Virus record (IMG/VR): IMGVR_UViG_3300037742_000012
Location: 1-31,915 of that record
Source: a virus
Taxonomy: Duplodnaviria > Caudoviricetes
DNA: 31,915 nt
Strand: one strand, 5' to 3'
Below, one piece after another: positions 1 through 6,522 of the stretch. The translations under genes and the position numbers were made by a program. The notes beneath the pieces were generated by a model, which made no database searches, had not been told where the DNA came from, and was given only the letters and a program-made list of their open reading frames with translations. Numbering within the stretch: the first letter of the stretch is position 1; each line of letters opens with the position of its first letter.

Positions 1-135
1 CCCTGTCCCATTCCAGTGAATGTGGGGATAGCCATGTGTATTCAAAGCATGCGATGTGCAAATCCAACAACCATTAGCATCGACCACCCAATCGAGTGGC
101 CGACGCTTTCTCTTACCGGGAAGCTCCAGTGGCAC
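1..135 (-). CDS. HNH (HNH_3-type) endonuclease, N-terminal part, truncated by window edge
   Basis: Manual translation from GTG at 135 (SD AAAGGAG at 141-147): MPLELPGKRKRRPLDWVVDANGCWICTSHALNTHGYPHIHWNGTG...; the GCW-x7-N-x2-GY pattern is typical of phage HNH homing nuclease N-termini. Not in the ORF track. Confidence 0.6.
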   Translation of the reverse strand, partial: MPLELPGKRKRRPLDWVVDANGCWICTSHALNTHGYPHIHWNGTG

Positions 136-190
136 TTATTCTCCTTTACGACAACGTGAACCTAACAGCTTGATCTTTCCGTCGTACAAT

Positions 191-547
191 TCACTTCGGC
201 ACATGCCATACACTCCTCTTGTAGAATTTCGACCCCAGCTGCTCCACATGGAGGGAGAGGGAGAGAGCAACAGCTCCGATCCACAACAGCCGCGCTCTCT
301 TTAACTGTCTCTCAGTAGGCGGGGAGTGCCCTTTTCGGCGGTTGCACTCTTGATGTGCCCACAGCTTGTTGCACTGGAAGTGCTTACCTCCCTGAGACTT
401 GGGTATAATGTGATCCAGAGTTCTCGCCAGCTTGCGCTTGGCTATTGGAACTTCGCGCCACCTGCCAGCCATGAAAGCCCCGCAGATGTAGCAGCGGTTC
501 TTCTGGACACGCAAGAGGTCTGCGTAGTTCAGAGTTACCAGCTTCAC
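191..547 (-). CDS. HNH endonuclease (Zn-binding, McrA-like HNH)
   Basis: CYIC...TLDHIIPKSQGG...NKLWAHQECNRRKG motif set. Confidence 0.9.
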   Translation of the reverse strand: MKLVTLNYADLLRVQKNRCYICGAFMAGRWREVPIAKRKLARTLDHIIPKSQGGKHFQCNKLWAHQECNRRKGHSPPTERQLKRARLLWIGAVALSLSLHVEQLGSKFYKRSVWHVPK

Positions 548-548
548 A

Positions 549-884
549 TTACTTGGCCCGAATCTCGTCGAGGGAGAGAGTATCGAGGTAGTCCGCGATC
601 TCCTTGAAGCTCGCGTTCTCGTTGTCGTTCATCGCGATCAGGCGACTCTCTACTACTCGGCAAATCGGGACACTATCGCTGCGTCCGGCCGTCACGAGGC
701 CGGTCAGGCTTCCATAGTCCGAGAGACGGATATTCTTGTCCACTCCCTGAATCTTGGCGAGCACGCCGAGGCAGCAATACGAATTCTCCGTTGGTTGCAG
801 CATACGCCGGCCTTGCTTGTACTCACCGGAACGAAGTGCAGCTTTCCACTCAGCGACGGTCTTTTCGTTGATCACGATCTGCAT
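549..884 (-). CDS. hypothetical phage early protein
   Basis: Start refined to ATG 884 (GGAGTATAAAGTC-ATG); W-x2-ALRSGEYKQG...CCLGV...MND...F-x-EIAD pattern seen in phage proteins. Confidence 0.75.
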   Translation of the reverse strand: MQIVINEKTVAEWKAALRSGEYKQGRRMLQPTENSYCCLGVLAKIQGVDKNIRLSDYGSLTGLVTAGRSDSVPICRVVESRLIAMNDNENASFKEIADYLDTLSLDEIRAK

Positions 885-888
885 GACT

Positions 889-1083
889 TTATACTCCGAT
901 ATAATCGTAGACGATGGTAACCTCAAGGCCCTCGGCTGAGGGGTTGAGGAACACGTTGTTCGCGATCTTCGGATCGCTCTCACGTTCGCCGCACCTTATG
1001 CGGCTCTGGTTGTCCGCGCACCACTTGACATAAGCGAGGGACGGAGCGCCCTCGACGTGCTCGAACGGGATTTTCTCGATCAA
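889..1083 (-). CDS. hypothetical protein
   Basis: TTG start with GGAG upstream; tightly packed between neighbours. Confidence 0.6.
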   Translation of the reverse strand: MIEKIPFEHVEGAPSLAYVKWCADNQSRIRCGERESDPKIANNVFLNPSAEGLEVTIVYDYIGV

Positions 1084-1229
1084 GATTCATCACTCCAGAT
1101 ACGATGGTAGATCAGAACGATCAGGACGGCGCAGAGCGCCGCGATAGCGTAGTGCCCGTCGAAGAAGAACACCACACCAAGGATCAGCGCGAAGAGCATA
1201 GCGCACAGATCAGCAACAAATGTCTTCAC
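1080..1229 (-). CDS. small membrane protein (49 aa, two hydrophobic segments)
   Basis: Manual translation: MKTFVADLCAMLFALILGVVFFFDGHYAIAALCAVLIVLIYHRIWSDES; SD CAGGAG; overlaps neighbours by 4 nt. Confidence 0.65.
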   Translation of the reverse strand: MKTFVADLCAMLFALILGVVFFFDGHYAIAALCAVLIVLIYHRIWSDES

Positions 1230-1351
1230 GGGAAATGCTCCTGTTCGCACTTGTAATAGCCTGCTTCGAACGCTGCCCGGGCAATATCACGGGAATAAGA
1301 AGGGCCGTCAAATTCATGATCTTTCCACCACTCTTCGAATTTCTCATCCAT
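1226..1351 (-). CDS. small hypothetical protein (41 aa)
   Basis: Manual translation MDEKFEEWWKDHEFDGPSYSRDIARAAFEAGYYKCEQEHFP; SD GGAG; GTGA overlap with next gene. Confidence 0.65.
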   Translation of the reverse strand: MDEKFEEWWKDHEFDGPSYSRDIARAAFEAGYYKCEQEHFP

Positions 1352-1529
1352 TGGGTTCACTCCGCTGTTCGTTGCGGGAATACTCAACGAGAACGCGCAC
1401 ATCTACGGCGTCGAGGTGGAGCATAAGGTCGTCATACTGATCTTTGGTGCGATTCAACCACTCGTTCTCACGCCGAGCGCCGGAATTCTTTTTCATCCGG
1501 GCTTGGTACACAAATCTGTCATCACTCAT
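1344..1529 (-). CDS. hypothetical protein
   Basis: ORF in packed minus-strand run. Confidence 0.55.
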   Translation of the reverse strand: MSDDRFVYQARMKKNSGARRENEWLNRTKDQYDDLMLHLDAVDVRVLVEYSRNEQRSEPNG

Positions 1530-1534
1530 TTAAT

Positions 1535-1888
1535 TCACCATGTCGTCAGTTGTCCAGTGAACAAGGCCCGGTCGTTCCGGACATTAGAGCGAATGAAATT
1601 CTGCCACCACACGCGGGTACGGTCCTTTCTACCGCGAACCTTACCCCAACGCCACTCATTGAACAAGCGCAAGTACTTGAAATCACTCGAATCGGATAAC
1701 AAGTCCATGTCCTTAGGGCGGTCATAGTTCTGTGGGTTGAGCAGAGTGCTCATCACCAGCTGCATCTCGGGAGACTTTGCGGGAGAGCTACTAAGACTAC
1801 CCTTCTCCCGAAACCTACTACCCCAGTTCCAGTGGAACCCGGAAGCGCGAATGTTGTGCCGCAGACGGTAGTACGTCGCTCTATTCAT
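1535..1888 (-). CDS. basic, Arg/Trp-rich hypothetical protein
   Basis: 117 aa ORF overlapping the stop of the upstream gene. Confidence 0.6.
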   Translation of the reverse strand: MNRATYYRLRHNIRASGFHWNWGSRFREKGSLSSSPAKSPEMQLVMSTLLNPQNYDRPKDMDLLSDSSDFKYLRLFNEWRWGKVRGRKDRTRVWWQNFIRSNVRNDRALFTGQLTTW

Positions 1889-2111
1889 TGCGAAGTTTCT
1901 CCCAGCCTAGTGCAACCTTGATGTCATCCGCTTCGCGGCTCAACAGCTGATCCACACGAGCCGCTGCGCTCGGCGATGGTAAACGGTCGCCTATGAGTTG
2001 AATGTCGGCGTGGCTGGACTTCCATGCCTGCGTCTCACGGCGACGAGTGTAGCGCTCACGGGCTACCTTCTCTCGTGCCCGGTCAGCTTCGATCAGATAC
2101 TCAGCGTCCAC
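1881..2111 (-). CDS. hypothetical protein
   Basis: GTG start with SD AAGGTGGAG; first gene after promoter at 2247-2275. Confidence 0.7.
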   Translation of the reverse strand: MDAEYLIEADRAREKVARERYTRRRETQAWKSSHADIQLIGDRLPSPSAAARVDQLLSREADDIKVALGWEKLRNE

Positions 2112-2179
2112 GTTTTATACTCCACCTTCGGCCAGTCTTTTAGACTGGGGTATAAAGCCGCTTAGCGGCGGGTAATCCA

Positions 2180-2217
2180 ACAACTAAAGCCCTCTCGTTA
2201 GAAAGGGCTTAGATTGC
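2180..2217 (-). other. long RNA hairpin, RNase III-site-like (copy 1)
   Basis: GCAAUCUAAGCCCUUUC-UAAC-GAGAGGGCUUUAGUUGU; related to hairpins at 4771 and 5215. Confidence 0.5.
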
Positions 2218-2246
2218 GAGACCGTCAGGTCGATTCGTAGGAGACT

Positions 2247-2275
2247 ATTATAACACAAGCTGAACGCTAAGTCAA
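2247..2275 (-). promoter_or_regulatory. sigma70-type promoter
   Basis: TTGACT-17 bp-TATAAT with TG extension. Confidence 0.85.
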
Positions 2276-2637
2276 CCTTTCAGACGGTCGTAGAAGCTTT
2301 CGGCTACAGACAGCGCATCGCCCCACGTCCTGCCGATGTCCTGTGCATCCTGCGCCTTGAGAGCGTATGTGATAGCAGTAAACTCGGCCACGCCCTCCAG
2401 TGCATACTCAGCATTCTTCCTTTCAGGCAGCGTAAGCTTGGGGTCCACGTACGACACGGCCAGACCAACAATACAGCCCGGAGTACCGTCTTCGAAGCGA
2501 TAACGGCACTCTACACCCTTCTCCGAGTCACTTGAAGCGCCGGGATACACGTAGCTCTTGCCGCGCTCTGCCACAGCTCTCTTGATGGCATCACGCATCT
2601 CGTCCAGCGTGATCAACTTGTTGTTAGTCTCGTTCAA
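2272..2637 (-). CDS. hypothetical phage protein
   Basis: Likely TTG start at 2637 after GGAG; C-x-Y...P-x-CIVG...AQDAQD-x-G-x-TWG pattern common in phage early proteins. Confidence 0.7.
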   Translation of the reverse strand: MNETNNKLITLDEMRDAIKRAVAERGKSYVYPGASSDSEKGVECRYRFEDGTPGCIVGLAVSYVDPKLTLPERKNAEYALEGVAEFTAITYALKAQDAQDIGRTWGDALSVAESFYDRLKG

Positions 2638-2782
2638 GATCTTCTCCGAGTATTTGGTTGAGGGAAAGTTCGGCACGCTCCGCGCTATGCGCTTCGCAAG
2701 CCCGCCATCCGTCTATGAACGCTTGCTCGTAGTAGCCCATCCTCCCCTTGTAGTACAGGGCTATCAGCTGCTCGTCAGTCAT
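2624..2782 (-). CDS. small hypothetical protein (52 aa)
   Basis: Manual translation MTDEQLIALYYKGRMGYYEQAFIDGWRACEAH...; SD GAGGTG. Confidence 0.6.
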   Translation of the reverse strand: MTDEQLIALYYKGRMGYYEQAFIDGWRACEAHSAERAELSLNQILGEDLERD

Positions 2783-2805
2783 TAGGTTCACCTCGTTGGG
2801 CGGTA

Positions 2806-2819
2806 TATACCGTGGTATA
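2806..2819. promoter_or_regulatory. TATAC-N4-GTATA palindrome (putative operator)
   Basis: TATACCGTGGTATA, intergenic. Confidence 0.6.
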
Positions 2820-2823
2820 GAAA

Positions 2824-3144
2824 TCAGACCTTAGCTTTGGTCCGGTCGGGATGGATGTCGAAGCCCAGAATGGATTCCATTTCTTCCCACGAGCTTTTCA
2901 GGTGCCCATCATCCACGATAGGCTCGAATAACTCCGCCAAGGCAAACGCTGCCCTTGATGCGGGTTGCAACGCATTAGCAACATTCACCCAGCTCGTGTC
3001 AAACTGAACCTGAATATCACAATTCTCGCTGATAGGGTACAAACCTTCCTGAAAATCACCCAGAGCGATTACAACGCCAGTTAACCCGATGTTGTGCGAA
3101 CCACGAACCTTCTTGACACGCTGGCCTACCTTGAACTTAGGCAT
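2824..3144 (-). CDS. hypothetical protein with KOW/SH3-like N-terminus
   Basis: Start refined to ATG 3144: MPKFKVGQRVKKV...GLTGVV. Confidence 0.7.
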   Translation of the reverse strand: MPKFKVGQRVKKVRGSHNIGLTGVVIALGDFQEGLYPISENCDIQVQFDTSWVNVANALQPASRAAFALAELFEPIVDDGHLKSSWEEMESILGFDIHPDRTKAKV

Positions 3145-3310
3145 CGGAACGATCCCGGACAAACAGCAGCTCAGCCAATCCCCAGCCCCAGATACCGCCT
3201 GACGCAAATGCGGAGAAGATCTGATCTCCGGGAGTCAGGACGCACACTTCATACGACATGGCTGCGCCGAAAACTACGGCGAGCAGTGCCAAAAGCTTGC
3301 GATTGTTCAT
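3137..3310 (-). CDS. small membrane protein (57 aa)
   Basis: Manual translation MNNRKLLALLAVVFGAAMSY...GGIWGWGLAELLFVRDRSDA; SD TAAGGA. Confidence 0.65.
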   Translation of the reverse strand: MNNRKLLALLAVVFGAAMSYEVCVLTPGDQIFSAFASGGIWGWGLAELLFVRDRSDA

Positions 3311-3319
3311 GTTGATTCC

Positions 3320-3451
3320 TTAGCCGATACCGGCGTAGCCGACGTACACGTCCCACTCGTCGTAACCCTCTTCAGCCAGATTGTCCTCCAGCTCCCAGTA
3401 AGTGTCACCCGTCGCAACGAGATCGCCGTAATCGTTGTAGGCTACGTACAT
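3320..3451 (-). CDS. small acidic protein (43 aa)
   Basis: Start refined to ATG 3451 after GGGAG: MYVAYNDYGDLVATGDTYWELEDNLAEEGYDEWDVYVGYAGIG. Confidence 0.7.
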   Translation of the reverse strand: MYVAYNDYGDLVATGDTYWELEDNLAEEGYDEWDVYVGYAGIG

Positions 3452-3452
3452 A

Positions 3453-3764
3453 TCAATACTCCCAGTAATCAGAGCCGTAATCTTCGTAAAGACCCACATA
3501 ATTGTAGGCATCGAAACGAGCTTCTTCCTCTTCCAACTGGAGTCGCTCCAACCTATCACGCTCACGGTTCTCAAGATAAATCAGGTCGTAGTCAGGATCG
3601 TTGTCCTGATCCCAATCCTCCAGAGTGTGCTGATGGTACATCACATCCTGATCGTCGGCGATTGCCGCATCAACAAGCTGAGGGATGGACTGGCGGAAGG
3701 ACTTACGTGATCCGCCGTGAAGAAAGCGCTTCATGATAGGAGCCAACATATCAGCTCTCGACAA
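3453..3764 (-). CDS. acidic hypothetical protein
   Basis: 103 aa; D/E/Y/W-rich C-terminal half; start uncertain. Confidence 0.6.
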   Translation of the reverse strand: MSRADMLAPIMKRFLHGGSRKSFRQSIPQLVDAAIADDQDVMYHQHTLEDWDQDNDPDYDLIYLENRERDRLERLQLEEEEARFDAYNYVGLYEDYGSDYWEY

Positions 3765-4005
3765 ACGCTTTGGTGGCGATCAACTGCTTGGCCGTCTCAC
3801 GGACTGCCCTGCGGAATTGGGGATTGTCGCTGTACTGCTTGGCTCCGGTGAAACACAGAGCACATGCCATGATTGCCATGTCGCGCGAAACCATGCGCTG
3901 CAACATAGCTTCATCAGGCATCTCGTGCGACCGAAACACACGGCCAAACATGAGGCAATTCTTGGACTTCAGGAGAAATGTCTTGATGGCTTTGACCATG
4001 TACAT
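3751..4005 (-). CDS. hypothetical protein
   Basis: ATG preceded by GGAGTATAAAGTC. Confidence 0.7.
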   Translation of the reverse strand: MYMVKAIKTFLLKSKNCLMFGRVFRSHEMPDEAMLQRMVSRDMAIMACALCFTGAKQYSDNPQFRRAVRETAKQLIATKAFVES

Positions 4006-4009
4006 GACT

Positions 4010-4025
4010 TTATACTCCGGTATAA
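4010..4025. promoter_or_regulatory. TATAC-N4-GTATA palindrome enclosing the SD
   Basis: minus strand TTATAC-CGGA-GTATAA directly before AGTC-ATG. Confidence 0.65.
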
Positions 4026-4030
4026 CTTGG

Positions 4031-4138
4031 TTAACCGAATAACCGAAACGCTACCAAACAAGCAAGAAAAGCGATGCCTATTCCGTAGCCCACAATCATC
4101 TCACGCAACATCTTACGCTCGAAATTATCGGCCGGCAT
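4031..4138 (-). CDS. possible membrane peptide (35 aa)
   Basis: MPADNFERKMLREMIVGYGIGIAFLACLVAFRLFG fills the gap; weak SD. Confidence 0.4.
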   Translation of the reverse strand: MPADNFERKMLREMIVGYGIGIAFLACLVAFRLFG

Positions 4139-4313
4139 TGTCATACGCCCGCTGAGTGGCGTCTTCGATTAGCTTGGCGATAGCGTATGCCTGAACCGCC
4201 GTAAATCCGAAAACATCGGACACGAGCACAAGGCTCATGGTTATATTGTCTTTCGGATCAACCCGAGCTACCTGAGCACGGAGCTTGTCTGTGTCTTTGT
4301 GAACATTACGCAT
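4125..4313 (-). CDS. hypothetical protein
   Basis: ATG with GGAG SD, overlapping upstream stop. Confidence 0.65.
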   Translation of the reverse strand: MRNVHKDTDKLRAQVARVDPKDNITMSLVLVSDVFGFTAVQAYAIAKLIEDATQRAYDNAGR

Positions 4314-4551
4314 GATGCGTCTCCGAGCTGGCGCTATTTCGGCCAGCGGTGAGGCGGCTGTCCTCCGCTTCGAGAATGAGCGCAGGTTCCTCGGTCAGAT
4401 AGTACTGATTCCCTTTGCGCACTTCACGACGCAGGGCACGCATATCGTTGTTGTGCACGTCCGTCCAATAACGGAGATAATGAATCGGTGAACCGGGAAT
4501 GCGCTTTTGCCACAACCCATTCACTTGTCGAATGTAAATCGGCTTTTTCAT
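4306..4551 (-). CDS. hypothetical protein
   Basis: Start refined to ATG 4551 (TAATG coupling with upstream gene): MKKPIYIRQV... Confidence 0.65.
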   Translation of the reverse strand: MKKPIYIRQVNGLWQKRIPGSPIHYLRYWTDVHNNDMRALRREVRKGNQYYLTEEPALILEAEDSRLTAGRNSASSETHHA

Positions 4552-4730
4552 TAGATTCCCCTTCCAACTGTCTTGGTCCACGGATCAGGGCCAATTACGA
4601 CGTGCTGCACGCCATCAGTCCAGACCAGAATGTAACGCCATTTCACCCGGTCAAACATGGTGTAAATGTACGAATGCCCCCGGTAGGCGTTAGCCGGATT
4701 GGAGCGATTCGCGTTCGAGAGTCTGTCCAT
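4551..4730 (-). CDS. hypothetical protein
   Basis: ATG 4730 is 8 nt after GGAG. Confidence 0.6.
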   Translation of the reverse strand: MDRLSNANRSNPANAYRGHSYIYTMFDRVKWRYILVWTDGVQHVVIGPDPWTKTVGRGI

Positions 4731-4749
4731 TACGTTCACTCCGTCGTTC

Positions 4750-4763
4750 TATACCGCAGTATA
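4750..4763. promoter_or_regulatory. TATAC-N4-GTATA palindrome (putative operator)
   Basis: TATACCGCAGTATA, identical to 6346-6359. Confidence 0.6.
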
Positions 4764-4770
4764 ACTGCTT

Positions 4771-4817
4771 TCTAGTTATAGCCCACTGCATTAGCAAGCC
4801 AATGGGCTAAGGCTAGA
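4771..4817 (-). other. long RNA hairpin, RNase III-site-like (copy 2)
   Basis: UCUAGCCUUAGCCCAUUG...CAGUGGGCUAUAACUAGA. Confidence 0.55.
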
Positions 4818-4919
4818 CTAGCCTCGATTACCTTGCGGTCAATTGGGATTTTATACTACAGTCTAATCGGGGAGCATACTAGCCTCCTTGGGCTAATTTC
4901 AGACGGATTTCGAGTGTAT

Positions 4920-4948
4920 AGTATAGCAAACCCCCTTCCCTAGGTCAA
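4920..4948 (-). promoter_or_regulatory. sigma70-type promoter
   Basis: TTGACC-17 bp-TATACT with TG extension. Confidence 0.85.
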
Positions 4949-4954
4949 GTTTCC

Positions 4955-5179
4955 CTAATCCGGTTTACGGATTGTGACACGCGACACCTTGCGGTGTCCG
5001 CGCGATTTGCGGGTCTTATAGGCACTCTTAGCCTTGACGTGCCTGCGGAATCCGGGACGGTCACGGAATGCGCCACCCCCACAGCAGGGGCACTTAGGAC
5101 GCTTGCCCAAATGCTTGTGCGCGTTGACACTCTCACGCTGCGGTGAAAGCTCCGAATCATGGATTTGGGTGTCATCCAT
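4955..5179 (-). CDS. small basic protein with Cys/His cluster (possible Zn-binding regulator)
   Basis: HKHLGKRPKCPCCGG...RRH and K/R-rich tail; GGAG 7 nt before ATG 5179. Confidence 0.6.
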   Translation of the reverse strand: MDDTQIHDSELSPQRESVNAHKHLGKRPKCPCCGGGAFRDRPGFRRHVKAKSAYKTRKSRGHRKVSRVTIRKPD

Positions 5180-5182
5180 CTT

Positions 5183-5196
5183 TATACTCCAGTATA
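5183..5196. promoter_or_regulatory. TATAC-N4-GTATA palindrome enclosing the SD
   Basis: minus strand TATAC-TGGA-GTATA-AAG-ATG. Confidence 0.65.
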
Positions 5197-5214
5197 TCCG
5201 GCCTAGCTTAGAGC

Positions 5215-5260
5215 GCTAGTTAAAACCCCCCAGCCTTGCGGCTGGGAGGCTTAGACTAAC
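5215..5260 (-). terminator. GC-rich hairpin with GCAA tetraloop; weak terminator or RNase III-like site (copy 3)
   Basis: GUUAGUCUAAGCCUCCCAGCC-GCAA-GGCUGGGGGGUUUUAACUAGC just after the 264-aa gene. Confidence 0.55.
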
Positions 5261-5274
5261 TCACTCGGTACGGT

Positions 5275-6069
5275 TCAGGCTGCGATGGCTTCGCGCTGAT
5301 CGTGCAGTTCCACCTGAGCCGCCTCCGGCAGTTCATCGTCGCCGATTGCGTCGCCCTCGCCCGTCTCGCCCACGATGGGCGCATCGTCGTTGCTCTGTTC
5401 GGTTTCTTCCGGTTCCAGACGCGCCAGCGTTGAGACGAGTTCATCTTCGATCTGTTCGAGTTCGTAACCGTGGAGCAACAGAGCCGCGATCTTGCGGCGC
5501 AGCGTGTCTAGCATCGCCTGAATCGGATCTGCGAGCGCCAGCGCGGGGTCACCCGCCGCTTCCACGTTGCCACCGGCCGGAGTTTCGACGTTTTCACCCG
5601 TCGGAGCGCCCGTCTTGGTATCCGTCACGTCACCCGTTTCCGGGTTCACCGCGACGCCCGTCGCCTGCGTCCTGACGGCCTGCCGCCCGCGCTTGTCGCC
5701 CGTGCCGTTCTTCCGCTCCGTCTCAACGATCTTCGCGCGGGCTTCTTTCGCCGCGTTCCACGTCGCCGGGATTGCCGATCCCGTCACACCGTGGGCGAGA
5801 AACTTGGCCATTGCCGAAAACATCGTGTCCACGGACGCATCCGCAAACTCCGAAGCCTTGAGCCGTGCCGACGTCTCGCTGCGGACAACCTTGTATTCCA
5901 AGGCCGTGAGCGTGCCGAATGCCGCGATACACGCACCCCACAGGCTGCCGTGAATCCCCGTGAGGGCCTTCTTCTTGCTCAGGCATGCGGTGACGAAGCC
6001 CGAAATCTGCGCTTCGTATTTTCCTGCATCCACCGTGCCCGGAACCACTACTGCTGTATTGTTGCTCAT
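5275..6069 (-). CDS. first early gene product, helical N-domain with acidic disordered C-terminus
   Basis: 264 aa, SD AAAGGA; first gene downstream of promoter 6202-6230. Confidence 0.8.
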   Translation of the reverse strand: MSNNTAVVVPGTVDAGKYEAQISGFVTACLSKKKALTGIHGSLWGACIAAFGTLTALEYKVVRSETSARLKASEFADASVDTMFSAMAKFLAHGVTGSAIPATWNAAKEARAKIVETERKNGTGDKRGRQAVRTQATGVAVNPETGDVTDTKTGAPTGENVETPAGGNVEAAGDPALALADPIQAMLDTLRRKIAALLLHGYELEQIEDELVSTLARLEPEETEQSNDDAPIVGETGEGDAIGDDELPEAAQVELHDQREAIAA

Positions 6070-6201
6070 GATCTGTATTCCTTTGGTTAGTATTCATTGC
6101 GCCACGATTGGCGCGGTCTGGATTCTATACCGGAGTACAAAACCCACACCGCGCGAACCATCGCGCTGGCATAGATACCTTATTGTCAAAGATCAGCCCA
6201 T

Positions 6202-6230
6202 ATCCTAACCCATAGCACATGCTATGTCAA
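6202..6230 (-). promoter_or_regulatory. sigma70-type promoter with palindromic spacer, followed by boxA-like GATCTTTGACAA
   Basis: TTGACA-17 bp-TAGGAT; CATAGCA-CA-TGCTATG inverted repeat at 6211-6226. Confidence 0.7.
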
Positions 6231-6345
6231 GGCGTAGCTTGGGCATACCGCGCACCCTTGGCGCGGCTTCCGCTATCGGCTGCGTTTCGCTAGTCGATGG
6301 GTGAACTATACGCCCCTTAGTCTGAACGCCAGCTTAACGGGCTAT

Positions 6346-6359
6346 TATACCGCAGTATA
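6346..6359. promoter_or_regulatory. TATAC-N4-GTATA palindrome (putative operator)
   Basis: TATACCGCAGTATA in the control region. Confidence 0.6.
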
Positions 6360-6522
6360 TTACAACGTGTCACATGTATGAACACATACCCCCTGCGTGT
6401 TGTGCATAGACCACACTCGCATGCTCTGTTGTTTGTGCACCACATCACCATGTTGAGCATGCCCCCGCCCTGTAGCCCTAGTGTGCTAGTGCACTACAGC
6501 AGTGAGCTAGTCGGCCTAGGCA

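Noticed and set aside
4945-5175. Alternative 76-aa frame
   Set aside because: SD spacing and the Cys/His cluster favour 4955-5179, though it is not fully excluded
56-6208. Plus-strand ORFs in the early arm
   Set aside because: The minus strand is fully tiled with SD-led genes; these are shadows
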